Assembly: GCA_963790475.1 (NCBI GenBank)
Contig: CAWBOS010000013.1
Span: 224,001 to 288,000 of the forward strand
DNA from: an uncultured delta proteobacterium
GTDB lineage: Bacteria; Desulfobacterota; RBG-13-43-22
Reading direction: 5' to 3'
Length of the DNA: 64,000 nucleotides
Position 1 is the stretch's first letter. Each line of letters starts with the position of its first letter. The position numbers were made by a program, and so were the translations under genes. The notes beneath the pieces were generated by a model. The model saw nothing but the letters and a program-made list of their open reading frames with translations, had not been told where the DNA came from and did no database searches. Shown here in pieces: positions 19,320 to 29,345 of the stretch.

Positions 19320-22319
19320 ATGACGGCCATCCGTCCTAAGTTGATTTCCATCCATAAGGCCCCACTTTTGGCGGCCTTTTTTATTCTTCTTGGCCTTTCT
19401 GCTTGTAATCCTTCCTGGGTAACCGACCCCCTTACCAAATATCTCAAGAAAAAAACCGGAATCGATATCAAGATGGAAAGAATTTCCGCCGGACTCCATC
19501 CTCTTCTGGTGGAAGCCAGGGGGATTCAACTGAATTATAAAAAAGACCCTTTCTCTTGTGAGGTGAAGATACCCGACCTGCGGGTTGCCCTTGACTGGAG
19601 CCTTTCCTGGGAGGGACTCCCCTGGCCCGAAATTCACCTTGAAAAAATCACCATCAACCGGCCTTCGGTCTCGATTCGAATGCCGAAACCCCGGAAAGAG
19701 GGCGATTGGACGGTCTGGCTGAAAAAAATTCCTGCCCTCAAGGAAATTGAAGTGAATGACCTGAAAGGCCGGCTGGAGGTCGGGAAAATGGATTTTAAAC
19801 TGGCCCCGGGGACCAGGGTCGTGGCCTCCTTCTTTCCCGACCAGGGAGGAAAGATCGAATATAAGATCAAAGAACTGCAAGGGGGGTGGACTTCAAAAGG
19901 CGTCAAATTTAAGACCGGCGCCCAAGGTTCCATTGAATTGTTCGACCTTCCCGATCGGCCCAAATGGAAAGGCTCCCTCAGCCTTTCCGCCGGCAGCCTC
20001 CTTTCCGGGGAAGGCAAGCTTGTTGAGGTTTCCGGAACCTTCGGTTTTCTTCATCAAGACCAGCTTCTGGAAATATCCGCCTCTCCGGCTCGGGTTCAGG
20101 AAGTCGGTTGGAGGAAAAAGAACATCTCCTTTGCCGGAAAGGGAAACCTGGCCTGCTCGGGGACCGTTCAGCTTAAAGGCGGCTCCCAAAAGGTCTGGGT
20201 AATATCCGGTATTCATTTGAAGCTTGATGATTTGGATTTTGATTTCCAACATGGAAATCAATTGATCAAAGGCCGGGCCGAGGGTCAAGCCCAACTCCAG
20301 GGCCCTTTATTAACCCCGGTTATCAAGGCCAGACTTTCAACCCGGCAAACGGAAATGGACCTGCCCCCGGTATTTACCAGGGAAATGGAAACAGAAATAG
20401 AGGTTCAAGGAAAACCCCCCGTTTTCTTCTTCCCTACGGTCCGGGGCAGGGCCGCCCAGACCGACTGGCATCTGGCCGCCGGCCCTCTTTCAGTTATCAA
20501 TCCGGAAACCCGCTTCTCTGCCAACATGAGAATGAACAGCCGGCAGATTTATTTAGAGGATATAGACCTGAAAACCGAGAATTGGGGTCCCTTATCCGGC
20601 AGTCTTTTGTTCGACCTGACCAAAGGGCCGGCGCCGCAGGGCAAGGTCCGATCCGAAAATTTTCCATTATTGACCTTCTTGAAACATTTTTTCCCAAAAG
20701 TCGTTCAACCGTTCCCCGAAGAGATTCCCTGCCAGGGAACCCTGGAGTGGTCGCGGGAAACGGCCGGTTCTCCCTTTGACTTTCTGGTTTCAATGGTCCC
20801 GAGGAACCCCTTTATCTTTCAAATTCCGGACACTGATTGGGAAGGAGAAGATCTGAAGGCCCGAATAGAGGCCGGGGGAAAATGGTTTTTTAAAGACAAA
20901 AAGGTTCAGGTGAATTTAAATACCTTTCTTTCAGAAGGAAGTCTTTCCCTGCCCCCGTGGATTTTCACCTTTGACGGAAATCCTCTGCTGGGCCGATTTG
21001 AAGGAACAGTCGAATGGAGAAAACCAAGCGGTTCCGTCATCGGATCTCTTGGGTTCCGGCACGATCCCCTGGGCGAGATAAAAGTTTCCGGGGAATGGCC
21101 TTTCGGCTCCTCCCCCCGGTCTTTTTCGAGTTTCATAGAAATAAAAGATCTCCCTCTTCAGAAGGGATTCCCTCTGTTGGTGGGAATGCCTTTCGCGGAG
21201 GATCATCCATTTTGGGAAAAGGTTTCCCTCCAAGGACTATTGAACGCCCGGCTTTCCATTTTAAAAAAAGAAGCCAGCTACGATTTAAGGGGACGGATTA
21301 TCGGGTCCGGTATTGATCTAAATACTCAAGATTCCGCCTTCTCTTTTCAAAAAGCAGACCTTGATCTCCCGTTTCATCTTTCTTCGCCGGACATCGATCC
21401 CGGGAAAAGTTTATTTTCCGAATCAGGATTCATTCAGGTTGAAAATTTGCATGGACCCCGAATGGACCTTAACAAACTTCACTTTTCTATCCTGGCCGGG
21501 ACCAACCAGTTTGAGATCCCGGATGAGATGGAGGTCCCTCTCTGGGGCGGGGAGGTAAAAGTAAATTCTTTTAAGCTTTCCAATCCCCTGAGAGATGTAA
21601 AGATGGACCTGGCCGTTTCCTTAAAGAATCTGGACCTGGTCCAAATGTTCCCAGGCCAAGGGATCGGCGGCACCATGCAAGGCGATCTGGGGCCCATCCG
21701 GATCGATAAAGAAAAAGCCCGGATCGGAGGGACGTTGAAGGCTGCCGTCTTTGAAGGCACAGTGGAAGGGAAAAATTGGGTCGTTAGGCAACCTTTCTCT
21801 CCGGAAAGGGGTTTCCAGGGTGAACTTTTTTTCAGCCATCTGAATTTGGAACCTATTACCCGGCGCTTTTCATTCGGAAAAATTACCGGCTTTGTTCAGG
21901 GCCGGGTAACGGATCTGGTGGTCCGCGATAACCTGCCGGAGCGATTTGATCTGCGGGTCAATACCCAGGAAATCCCCGGAGTCTCCAAGACCATCAATAT
22001 AAAAGCCATTGAAAATATCGGGATTTTTGGAACGGGTTGGGGAGAATTGGATGTCCTGCGCCAGGGGATCAATCGCTTTATCAGTGAATACACCTATCGG
22101 GAGATAGGCCTGTCCTGCACTTTGCAGGAAGACCTGTTCCATCTTAATGGGACGATTATCGAAGATGGAATAGAATATCTGGTGCGAAAACCGAATTGGT
22201 TCGGTATAGATATCATCAATAAAAATCCTGACAACGAAATTCTTTTTTCTGATATACTGGACCGCATTCGAAGCATAGGGAAAAAACCTCAAGGGGGGAC
22301 CGGAAGTGAAATTAAATAA
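19320..22319 (+). CDS. YdbH/AsmA-like large envelope protein
   Basis: 999 aa, N-terminal membrane anchor, beta-rich, overlaps a YdbL-like gene. Confidence 0.7.
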   Translation: MTAIRPKLISIHKAPLLAAFFILLGLSACNPSWVTDPLTKYLKKKTGIDIKMERISAGLHPLLVEARGIQLNYKKDPFSCEVKIPDLRVALDWSLSWEGLPWPEIHLEKITINRPSVSIRMPKPRKEGDWTVWLKKIPALKEIEVNDLKGRLEVGKMDFKLAPGTRVVASFFPDQGGKIEYKIKELQGGWTSKGVKFKTGAQGSIELFDLPDRPKWKGSLSLSAGSLLSGEGKLVEVSGTFGFLHQDQLLEISASPARVQEVGWRKKNISFAGKGNLACSGTVQLKGGSQKVWVISGIHLKLDDLDFDFQHGNQLIKGRAEGQAQLQGPLLTPVIKARLSTRQTEMDLPPVFTREMETEIEVQGKPPVFFFPTVRGRAAQTDWHLAAGPLSVINPETRFSANMRMNSRQIYLEDIDLKTENWGPLSGSLLFDLTKGPAPQGKVRSENFPLLTFLKHFFPKVVQPFPEEIPCQGTLEWSRETAGSPFDFLVSMVPRNPFIFQIPDTDWEGEDLKARIEAGGKWFFKDKKVQVNLNTFLSEGSLSLPPWIFTFDGNPLLGRFEGTVEWRKPSGSVIGSLGFRHDPLGEIKVSGEWPFGSSPRSFSSFIEIKDLPLQKGFPLLVGMPFAEDHPFWEKVSLQGLLNARLSILKKEASYDLRGRIIGSGIDLNTQDSAFSFQKADLDLPFHLSSPDIDPGKSLFSESGFIQVENLHGPRMDLNKLHFSILAGTNQFEIPDEMEVPLWGGEVKVNSFKLSNPLRDVKMDLAVSLKNLDLVQMFPGQGIGGTMQGDLGPIRIDKEKARIGGTLKAAVFEGTVEGKNWVVRQPFSPERGFQGELFFSHLNLEPITRRFSFGKITGFVQGRVTDLVVRDNLPERFDLRVNTQEIPGVSKTINIKAIENIGIFGTGWGELDVLRQGINRFISEYTYREIGLSCTLQEDLFHLNGTIIEDGIEYLVRKPNWFGIDIINKNPDNEILFSDILDRIRSIGKKPQGGTGSEIK

Positions 22320-22896
22320 AGCTCGCCTGATTATCCCTTTATGGATCTTAAGTATTTTCATGGCCTGTGTGACGGTCAATGTCTATTTCCCGGCCAAGGA
22401 AGTGGAAAAAAAGGCCGGAGATATTGTCGACGATATTCGAAAAACAGAACCTTCTCCCCCGCCTCCCCCTTCCCGTCCTAAAAGTTCCATCGATCAGCTT
22501 TATGAATTTATGGTCTCTAACCGCCTGGCCTATGCCCAAAAAGGAGATGAGGTCTCCCCTCCTGCGATCCAGAGCCTAAAACAACGTATCAGAGATCGGT
22601 TTCCGCGACTGGTCCCCTTTTTCCTAAAAGGGGCCATTGGCGAAGGAAAAACGGGATTTGTTGAGATGCTCGAGAACAAAGGGGGGATGACTGCGGCAGA
22701 AAAAAACGATATGAAATCTTTGGTGGATGCCGAAAATCGGGACCGCCGGGCCTTATATCAGGAGGTGGCCAAGTCTATGAATATTTCTTCCGACCAGATC
22801 GGCAAAGTACAACGCATATTTGCCCAAAAATGGCAGCGTTCCGCGGAGCGTGGCTGGTGGATCCAGAAGGAAGACCTGCAGTGGATCCAAAAGTGA
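22306..22896 (+). CDS. YdbL/DUF1318 family lipoprotein
   Basis: Lipobox MAC-VTVNVYFP, GAIGEGKTG, AENRDRRALY, GWWIQ. Confidence 0.85.
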   Translation: MKLNKARLIIPLWILSIFMACVTVNVYFPAKEVEKKAGDIVDDIRKTEPSPPPPPSRPKSSIDQLYEFMVSNRLAYAQKGDEVSPPAIQSLKQRIRDRFPRLVPFFLKGAIGEGKTGFVEMLENKGGMTAAEKNDMKSLVDAENRDRRALYQEVAKSMNISSDQIGKVQRIFAQKWQRSAERGWWIQKEDLQWIQK

Positions 22897-22980
22897 ACAG
22901 GGAAGAAGCAGGAGGTCAGGGACGCGAGGGAAGAGGCGATAGAGGAAGGGACCCTTTTAAGTAGGGCCCCTCCCCACTTT

Positions 22981-23313
22981 TCAGGCTTTTAAATCAAGGT
23001 CCTGAATGAGCGAGTGGGCAAAGGTTAAAAGATAGGTCTCCTGGGACGGGGTGGCATACTGAACGCAATCGCAGCGAAGCCGTTTTCGGCAGCGGACCAG
23101 AAACTCAAATTTTACAAAGTCCTGACCTGTTTCCACAGCGAGGTAATGGGGGCCGCAACTCTTATGTTCCTCTTGAATCGGCGAAAGCAGCCCATCCGGG
23201 ATTTCCAACCAAAATATTTCTTCCATGACGGAAGAAACGGCCTTTTCCTTTAAATAAACTTCAATTTCCTCCATTTTACGACGAGGAATTTCATCGACCA
23301 AAAATTGCCGCAT
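22981..23313 (-). CDS. conserved hypothetical protein
   Basis: MRQFLVDEI...CGPHY...EFLVR...RCDCVQYAT. Confidence 0.7.
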   Translation of the reverse strand: MRQFLVDEIPRRKMEEIEVYLKEKAVSSVMEEIFWLEIPDGLLSPIQEEHKSCGPHYLAVETGQDFVKFEFLVRCRKRLRCDCVQYATPSQETYLLTFAHSLIQDLDLKA

Positions 23314-23362
23314 CAGGATGAAGCCTTGCCCTTCTTCGAGGCCTCTGAAAAATGTACGTTTT

Positions 23363-23701
23363 TCAAAGGTCTCTCTTTCTGGCCACGGAAAAAGCATCCC
23401 AGACCCCGTAAACCCAGACCCCGGTCAAAAGCAATATCAAAACAATCAATAGCCCGTTATCCTGGTGGGATAAAGTTTGAGCCGCTGAGGACAAAGGTTG
23501 GGAATTTTTTTCATAGGCCTCCGGGGGGAGAGACAAAAAAAACTTATTGAGGTCATAGAGGACCTTAAAAAAAAGGGCCAGGAACAACAACGATACGGCA
23601 GCTATCAATAACCCCGCTTTTCGGAACTGCCCGTTCACCACTTGACCCAACCCGGGCAGAATGAAAGCCGAAAGCAAAGGGGCCAGGATAATTTTTTTCA
23701 T
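23363..23701 (-). CDS. small membrane protein
   Basis: LSAFILPGLGQ motif, WVYGVWDA, three hydrophobic segments. Confidence 0.8.
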   Translation of the reverse strand: MKKIILAPLLSAFILPGLGQVVNGQFRKAGLLIAAVSLLFLALFFKVLYDLNKFFLSLPPEAYEKNSQPLSSAAQTLSHQDNGLLIVLILLLTGVWVYGVWDAFSVARKRDL

Positions 23702-24126
23702 GACGGCATTATAAATTCAAAAGGCCCGAAAAGCAAGAATCGATTCTTTTTGCCTTTCAGATATTGAACGGATTTTCAACCGGCCTCGGGTCAGGACCAA
23801 AAATCGGGGAATCCGGTACTAATGGCCGGGTAATTCCCCGGACCCGATTTTATAGTTCCGATGAAGAACAAAGCCGGAGGAATCAAGGCTGAAATCAACC
23901 CTAGCCCCAGATCCCTATTTTTTGCTTAGTTCAACTCCCAATATCACCTATAACCTCTAACTCGATTCTATATTCTAAAACATCAATTTCCAAAATGGTT
24001 GGTATTCTACCTGAAACAGATCTTCTCTGCAATCGGTCTTGCGCTTCTTATGCTTCATTCCTTGACAGTGACTTTAAAGCCTTTTAATATGGTTTTTAAA
24101 AGAATAAAAATAATTAAAAGGCACCT

Positions 24127-24468
24127 ATGGGGACTTTACGTCAATCCATTATTTTTGTCTTAAAAGAGCAAACAGTCACGGCTAAAGAGATCTCCCAGGC
24201 CGTCGGTATCCGGGAAAAAGAGGTCTATGAGCACCTGGCCCATATTGCTCAATCCCGTTCTTTGGGTGGAAAATTCACGCTTATCCCTTCGACCTGCAAA
24301 GACTGTGGGTTTATCTTTCGCAAAAGGGACCGGCTCACGCCGCCGGGAAGATGTTTTTTGTGCCGAAGTGAAGCCATCACCCCACCCCGGTTCTTGATCC
24401 GAACCGGTCCTTCAAAAACCGCCCGGGCCGACGAATCAGAAGAAGAAACAGAACCGGAATACCTCTAA
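24127..24468 (+). CDS. HTH plus zinc-ribbon transcriptional regulator
   Basis: TAKEISQAVGIREKEVYEHL helix-turn-helix; CKDCGF...RCFLCRSE. Confidence 0.85.
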   Translation: MGTLRQSIIFVLKEQTVTAKEISQAVGIREKEVYEHLAHIAQSRSLGGKFTLIPSTCKDCGFIFRKRDRLTPPGRCFLCRSEAITPPRFLIRTGPSKTARADESEEETEPEYL

Positions 24469-24545
24469 CTTAATATTTTGGTTGAGAATTTAGTAACAAT
24501 TTGTCATTATCCTATTGATCGAGACCGAAATTCTCATGAGGAGTA

Positions 24546-26246
24546 TTGAACATGTCCCAAACCGGTTTTACCTCACCCTCCCATTTTATCAAAGAAATTA
24601 TCCTGGAAGATTTGAACACTGGAAAAAATGAAGGCCGGGTTCACACCCGTTTCCCGCCCGAGCCCAACGGATATCTCCATATCGGCCACGCCAAATCCAT
24701 CTGTCTCAACTTCGGACTGGCGGCCGAATTCCAGGGCCTTTGCAACCTTCGTTTTGACGATACCAACCCCACCAAAGAAGAGGTGGAATATGTCGAATCC
24801 ATAAAGGAGGATGTGCACTGGCTGGGGTTTGATTGGGAAGACCGCCTGTTTTATGCCTCAGACTATTTTGAACAAATATATGACTGCGCCGTCCTATTGA
24901 TCAAAAAAGGCCGGGCCTATGTCTGTGATTTAACCGCTGAGGAAATCCGTGCCTATAGAGGCACCCTGACCGAACCGGGCCGGGACAGCCCTTATCGCAC
25001 CCGCTCCCTGGAAGACAACCTGAATCTCTTCGCGCGTATGCGGGCGGGAGAGTTTGAGGACGGCTCCAGGACCTTACGGGCCAAAATCGATATGGCCTCG
25101 CCTAACCTGAATATGCGCGACCCGGTGATGTACCGTATCCTCCATGCCGACCACCACCGGACCAAAGACCAGTGGTGTATCTATCCCATGTATGATTTCA
25201 CCCACGGCCTTTGCGATTCCATAGAAAGGATCACCCATTCCATCTGCACCCTCGAATTTGAAGACCACCGGCCCCTTTACGACTGGTTTCTGGAAGAAGC
25301 CGCGGTCTATCATCCCCAGCAGATCGAGTTCGCCCGGCTGAACCTGACCTACACGGTGATGAGTAAACGAAAACTTTTGAGACTGGTCCGGGATGGCTAT
25401 GTGAGCGGATGGGATGACCCGAGAATGCCGACGATTTCCGGTTTACGCCGGCGGGGTTACACCCCTGAGTCTATCCGAACTTTTTGCGACCGGATCGGGG
25501 TCTCCAAAAGCAACAGTGTAGTGGATATCGCCCTGTTGGAGCATTGCCTGAGAGACGATTTGAATAAAAGGGCTCGGCGGGTCATGGCCGTGTTGAATCC
25601 CCTGAAGGTGATCATAGACAATTATAAGGATGATCAGGTGGAGGAACTGGAGGCGATCAATAATCCGGAAGATCCGGGCATGGGAACGCGTAAAGTCCCT
25701 TTTTCCAAAGTCCTTTATATCGAGCAGGATGATTTCCGGGAAAATCCCCCCAAAAAGTTCTTTCGGCTGGCACCGGGCCGGGAGGTCCGGTTGAGGTACG
25801 GCTATTTTATCACCTGTGTGGATGTCGTTAAAGATGAACAGACCGGGGAAGTCCTTGAGCTGCACTGTACTTATGACCCCCGCACCCGAGGGGGGGATTC
25901 CCCCGATGGCCGCAAGGTCAAGGCCACTTTGCACTGGGTTTCGGCAGCCCAGGCGGTTGAGGCCGAGGTTCGGTTATACGAGCACTTATTTTTGAAACCC
26001 GATCCTGAAGATGTCGAAGAGGGAGATTTCACCAAGACACTGAATCCCGACTCTCTGACGATTATGACGGCCTGCAAACTGGAACCCGGTCTGGCCGATG
26101 CTCAACCCGGGATGCTCTTTCAATTTGAAAGGCAGGGTTATTTCTGTCTGGATCCCGTGGATTCGAGCAGAGGAAAACGCATCTTCAACCGTACCGTGGC
26201 CTTAAAGGACTCCTGGGCCAAAATTGAGAAAGGAAAAACCAAATGA
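24546..26246 (+). CDS. glnS: glutamine--tRNA ligase
   Basis: [33 protein letters not shown]. Confidence 0.97.
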   Translation: MNMSQTGFTSPSHFIKEIILEDLNTGKNEGRVHTRFPPEPNGYLHIGHAKSICLNFGLAAEFQGLCNLRFDDTNPTKEEVEYVESIKEDVHWLGFDWEDRLFYASDYFEQIYDCAVLLIKKGRAYVCDLTAEEIRAYRGTLTEPGRDSPYRTRSLEDNLNLFARMRAGEFEDGSRTLRAKIDMASPNLNMRDPVMYRILHADHHRTKDQWCIYPMYDFTHGLCDSIERITHSICTLEFEDHRPLYDWFLEEAAVYHPQQIEFARLNLTYTVMSKRKLLRLVRDGYVSGWDDPRMPTISGLRRRGYTPESIRTFCDRIGVSKSNSVVDIALLEHCLRDDLNKRARRVMAVLNPLKVIIDNYKDDQVEELEAINNPEDPGMGTRKVPFSKVLYIEQDDFRENPPKKFFRLAPGREVRLRYGYFITCVDVVKDEQTGEVLELHCTYDPRTRGGDSPDGRKVKATLHWVSAAQAVEAEVRLYEHLFLKPDPEDVEEGDFTKTLNPDSLTIMTACKLEPGLADAQPGMLFQFERQGYFCLDPVDSSRGKRIFNRTVALKDSWAKIEKGKTK

Positions 26247-27154
26247 GCTTTGATGAACAGGTAACCCATGGTTATGCTGAAAATGGTGAAGTGAAGATCC
26301 ATTACGCCAGCCTTGGAAAAGGCCCTTTGCTGATCATGATCCACGGATTTCCCGATTACTGGTACACCTGGCGGCATCAGATGGAGGTCTTGTCTGAAGA
26401 TTATCAATGCGTGGCTATTGATAACCGGGGTTACAATCTGAGTGACAAGCCCCAGGGTGTGGACAATTATTCCATGCACTTGCTAATCGGCGACGTGGCT
26501 GCCGTCATCAAGCACTTCGGAAAGGAAAAGGCCGTTATCATCGGTCACGATTGGGGAGGAGCCATATCCTGGGCACTGGCCATGTTGAGACCCGAATTGC
26601 TGGAGAGGCTTATTATCCTCAATGTGGCCCATCCTTCAGCCCTGAGGAGGGAGATCATCAACAATCCGTCTCAGAGCAGGAGCAGTCAATATGCCAGGGA
26701 TTTTCAGGAGCCTGACGCTCACCGGAAATTGGCCAAAATCTTTCAGGACAATAACCTGTTGATGGAATACCATCCCGAAGGAGGATCTCTCGCCCGGATG
26801 AGTGATGCCGAACTCCTTTCCCTGTGGGTCAAGGATCCGCAGGCCAGAAAAAAATACATCGAAGCCTTTGAAAAATCGGATATTGAGGCCATGCTTAATT
26901 ATTATAAGCGGAACTATCCGAAAAAAGACTCCCTGGAGGGTAAAGAGATTCGACCGCTCCCCAAGATTAAGGTGCCGGTCCTGATCATTTTCGGACTCAA
27001 GGATATGGCCATCCTGCCCTCCGCTTTGAATAACACCTGGGAATATTGTGAGCAGGACATGACCCTGGTCACGATTCCCGATTCAGGCCATTTCGTCCAG
27101 CAGGACGCTGCCGATCTGGTGACACGAACCATAAAAATGTGGCTGGGGCGTTAA
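26243..27154 (+). CDS. alpha/beta hydrolase (epoxide hydrolase-like)
   Basis: HGFPD, GHDWGG, GHFVQQD; ATGA overlap with glnS. Confidence 0.92.
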   Translation: MSFDEQVTHGYAENGEVKIHYASLGKGPLLIMIHGFPDYWYTWRHQMEVLSEDYQCVAIDNRGYNLSDKPQGVDNYSMHLLIGDVAAVIKHFGKEKAVIIGHDWGGAISWALAMLRPELLERLIILNVAHPSALRREIINNPSQSRSSQYARDFQEPDAHRKLAKIFQDNNLLMEYHPEGGSLARMSDAELLSLWVKDPQARKKYIEAFEKSDIEAMLNYYKRNYPKKDSLEGKEIRPLPKIKVPVLIIFGLKDMAILPSALNNTWEYCEQDMTLVTIPDSGHFVQQDAADLVTRTIKMWLGR

Positions 27155-27233
27155 GCGTTTGGCCTATCCGGCCGGAAAGGTACCCTTCCGGCCGGATATT
27201 GTTAGAGGACAAGGGGGCAAAAGGAGGAGAAAG

Positions 27234-27431
27234 ATGAATAAAAGAAAGCTGCTCTGTGTGGACTGCTATGACGTGCTGGAAAGGAAGGTCCTGAAAGACT
27301 TGCCTGTTTTTTATTGTAACAATATGAAATGCAGGAGGTTTGGCGTATTAACCCTTGGGGGTCTTTTCGGAGAAAAATGCGAGAAATGCTTAATCATAGA
27401 AGACGAAGAAAATAGAGGGAGAGAGGGATAG
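27234..27431 (+). CDS. small Cys-rich protein
   Basis: AGGAGG RBS; CVDC, CNNMKC, CEKC. Confidence 0.55.
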   Translation: MNKRKLLCVDCYDVLERKVLKDLPVFYCNNMKCRRFGVLTLGGLFGEKCEKCLIIEDEENRGREG

Positions 27432-27704
27432 ATTTATCAAGGAATAAAAATAAGAGTTTCTCCCTTTGTACTCTTCAAAATTCCATTTTTGAAAAAAGAC
27501 AATAGTACAAACGGTAATCAACGAAAAGGAACTTGAAATTTATTGACTTTTTATCAATTTAAGGATAAGTAAAAACTTGTAAATTAAAGAAATTTTTCTT
27601 TTGGCAACCTTTAATCAAGGAATGTCGATGAAAGAAGAGTGAACCTCGCTTTTCAAAAGAATAGCGGGGTTTTTTGTTTTAAAGAGAACGGGAGGGTTAT
27701 TCCT

Positions 27705-27830
27705 ATGAAATGCCCGAAATGCCAGACTGAAAATCCGAAGACAAGGAAGTTCTGTAAGGAATGTGGGGCAAAACTCATATTGGTCTGCCCCAATTGTCAT
27801 TTTGAAAACCTTCCTTGGGATAAATTCTGT
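27705..27830 (+). pseudogene. double zinc-ribbon N-terminus of a truncated cyclase paralog
   Basis: MKCPKCQTENP...FCKECG...CPNC...KFC resembles the N-termini at 29346 and 32769, then similarity stops. Confidence 0.75.
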
Positions 27831-27832
27831 AG

Positions 27833-28330
27833 GGAAGTCCCCCGTGGACAACTTTCCCGGCAGATTTATTCATTACTGAGACTTGGTATGGTGTTGAATA
27901 CCCATGGGCAGTACCTTTAGTTAACCATGATGGTTTCAGTGCTGGGACTATGTATGCAGTTGATACCTTCCACGTTTCGGATTATTATGATCCTTTTGGA
28001 GGTGCTGGATATATATATAATCATAACATGGCCGTAACTATTGCTACGCTAGGGAATAATTATGGATGGTCAAGTTTTCCTGGTGGATCTGTTACATGGA
28101 ACTCACTAGGTCTCCCGGGTAATCCCAATTATAGAATAGATGTAGATATTCCTATATATGAAGATGACCCAAATGGGATATTTGCTCTTAATTGGGGGAC
28201 AGCCACTTGTGCTAATGATGTTGTATCAGGTCAGGTTCCTAATTCTGTTCCAGAACCAACAACCTTGTTGCTGCTTGGTTGTGGAATTGTTGGATTAGCC
28301 GGTTTTGAAAGACGCCGCTTTAAAAAATAA
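27833..28330 (+). pseudogene. PEP-CTERM protein, N-terminally truncated
   Basis: VPEPTTLLLLGCGIVGLAGFERRR; frame stays open upstream (WTTFPADLF) to the junction; no signal peptide. Confidence 0.75.
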
Positions 28331-28558
28331 TCCACCTTTAACAACTTCAAAACACAAATGCAGGGTCGGAAATGTCCTTGCATTTTTTTTGCACAGTTCG
28401 AATGATAATCGTAAAAAGGTGGGGGGGGGATTTAAGCTCCCGCAGGATTTCGCCCAAGCTGAATTCACCTTAACATCTCAGATCTACACCCTACAAAAGA
28501 TTCTTTGCACAACCTCACTTTCCTATTGACATAGACAAATATTCGGCTCAAAGTAAAA

Positions 28559-28577
28559 AGTACCACAATGTGGTACT
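28559..28577. promoter_or_regulatory. perfect palindrome AGTACCAC-N3-GTGGTACT, candidate operator
   Basis: 8-bp arms just downstream of TTGACA (28526), upstream of the Cache gene. Confidence 0.45.
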
Positions 28578-28764
28578 GTCACAGGAGAGGGGAATTAATT
28601 CAATTAGAGATCCCAATGATCCAGAAATGTGGAGGAGGCGTACATAGGAAGAGAGAGATGTGATGAGTAAAGGTGGTTGAAAAAGCCTTTGTTAACAAGA
28701 GATTTTTAGGGAGCACAGTACCTAAAGACAATGAAAACAATGCAATTTCCAAAAGGAGGAGAAT

Positions 28765-29256
28765 ATGAAACGGTTACTATCGGTAGCACTAATGGTCTTG
28801 GTGAGCGTGGTCGGGATATCGATGATCAATCCTGTCATTGCTCAGCAATCTCCACCGACGTCCGAGAAAGCAAAACAGATCGAAATGCTGGTCAACAAAG
28901 CCGCGGCACTGATCGAGAGTACAGGGAAGGCAGCCTTCCTTGAGTTCAGAAAGAAGGATACCGAATGGTTCAGGGGCGACACATACTTGTTCGTCTACGA
29001 TTTGAAGTCGAACGTATTGCTCAATGCCGCTTTTCCAGCGCGTGAAGGGACCAACACCACCGGTCAGAAAGATGCTAATGGCAAGTTGTTTCACCACGAA
29101 TTTATTCAAATGGCTGAATCCAAGGGATCGGGATGGGTCGACTACATGTTCCCGAAACCAGGGCAAACCCAAGCATCGCAGAAATGGGCCTATGTGAAGG
29201 CGGTTAAGGTGGAAGGAGTTCCGAGCTTAGTCGCTTCGGGCTTCTACCCCGAGTAG
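28765..29256 (+). CDS. secreted stand-alone Cache (sCache_2-like) protein
   Basis: Signal peptide; YLFVYD, KDANGK, GWVDY.FPKPG, KWAYV. Confidence 0.88.
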   Translation: MKRLLSVALMVLVSVVGISMINPVIAQQSPPTSEKAKQIEMLVNKAAALIESTGKAAFLEFRKKDTEWFRGDTYLFVYDLKSNVLLNAAFPAREGTNTTGQKDANGKLFHHEFIQMAESKGSGWVDYMFPKPGQTQASQKWAYVKAVKVEGVPSLVASGFYPE

Positions 29257-29345
29257 CCCCTGGAGATCAGCCAGGGTGTTGCAGCCGATATCAGAATTTG
29301 GGTCTATAAACAAGCAATAAATTAGAAATCAGCAAGGGAGTTAGG

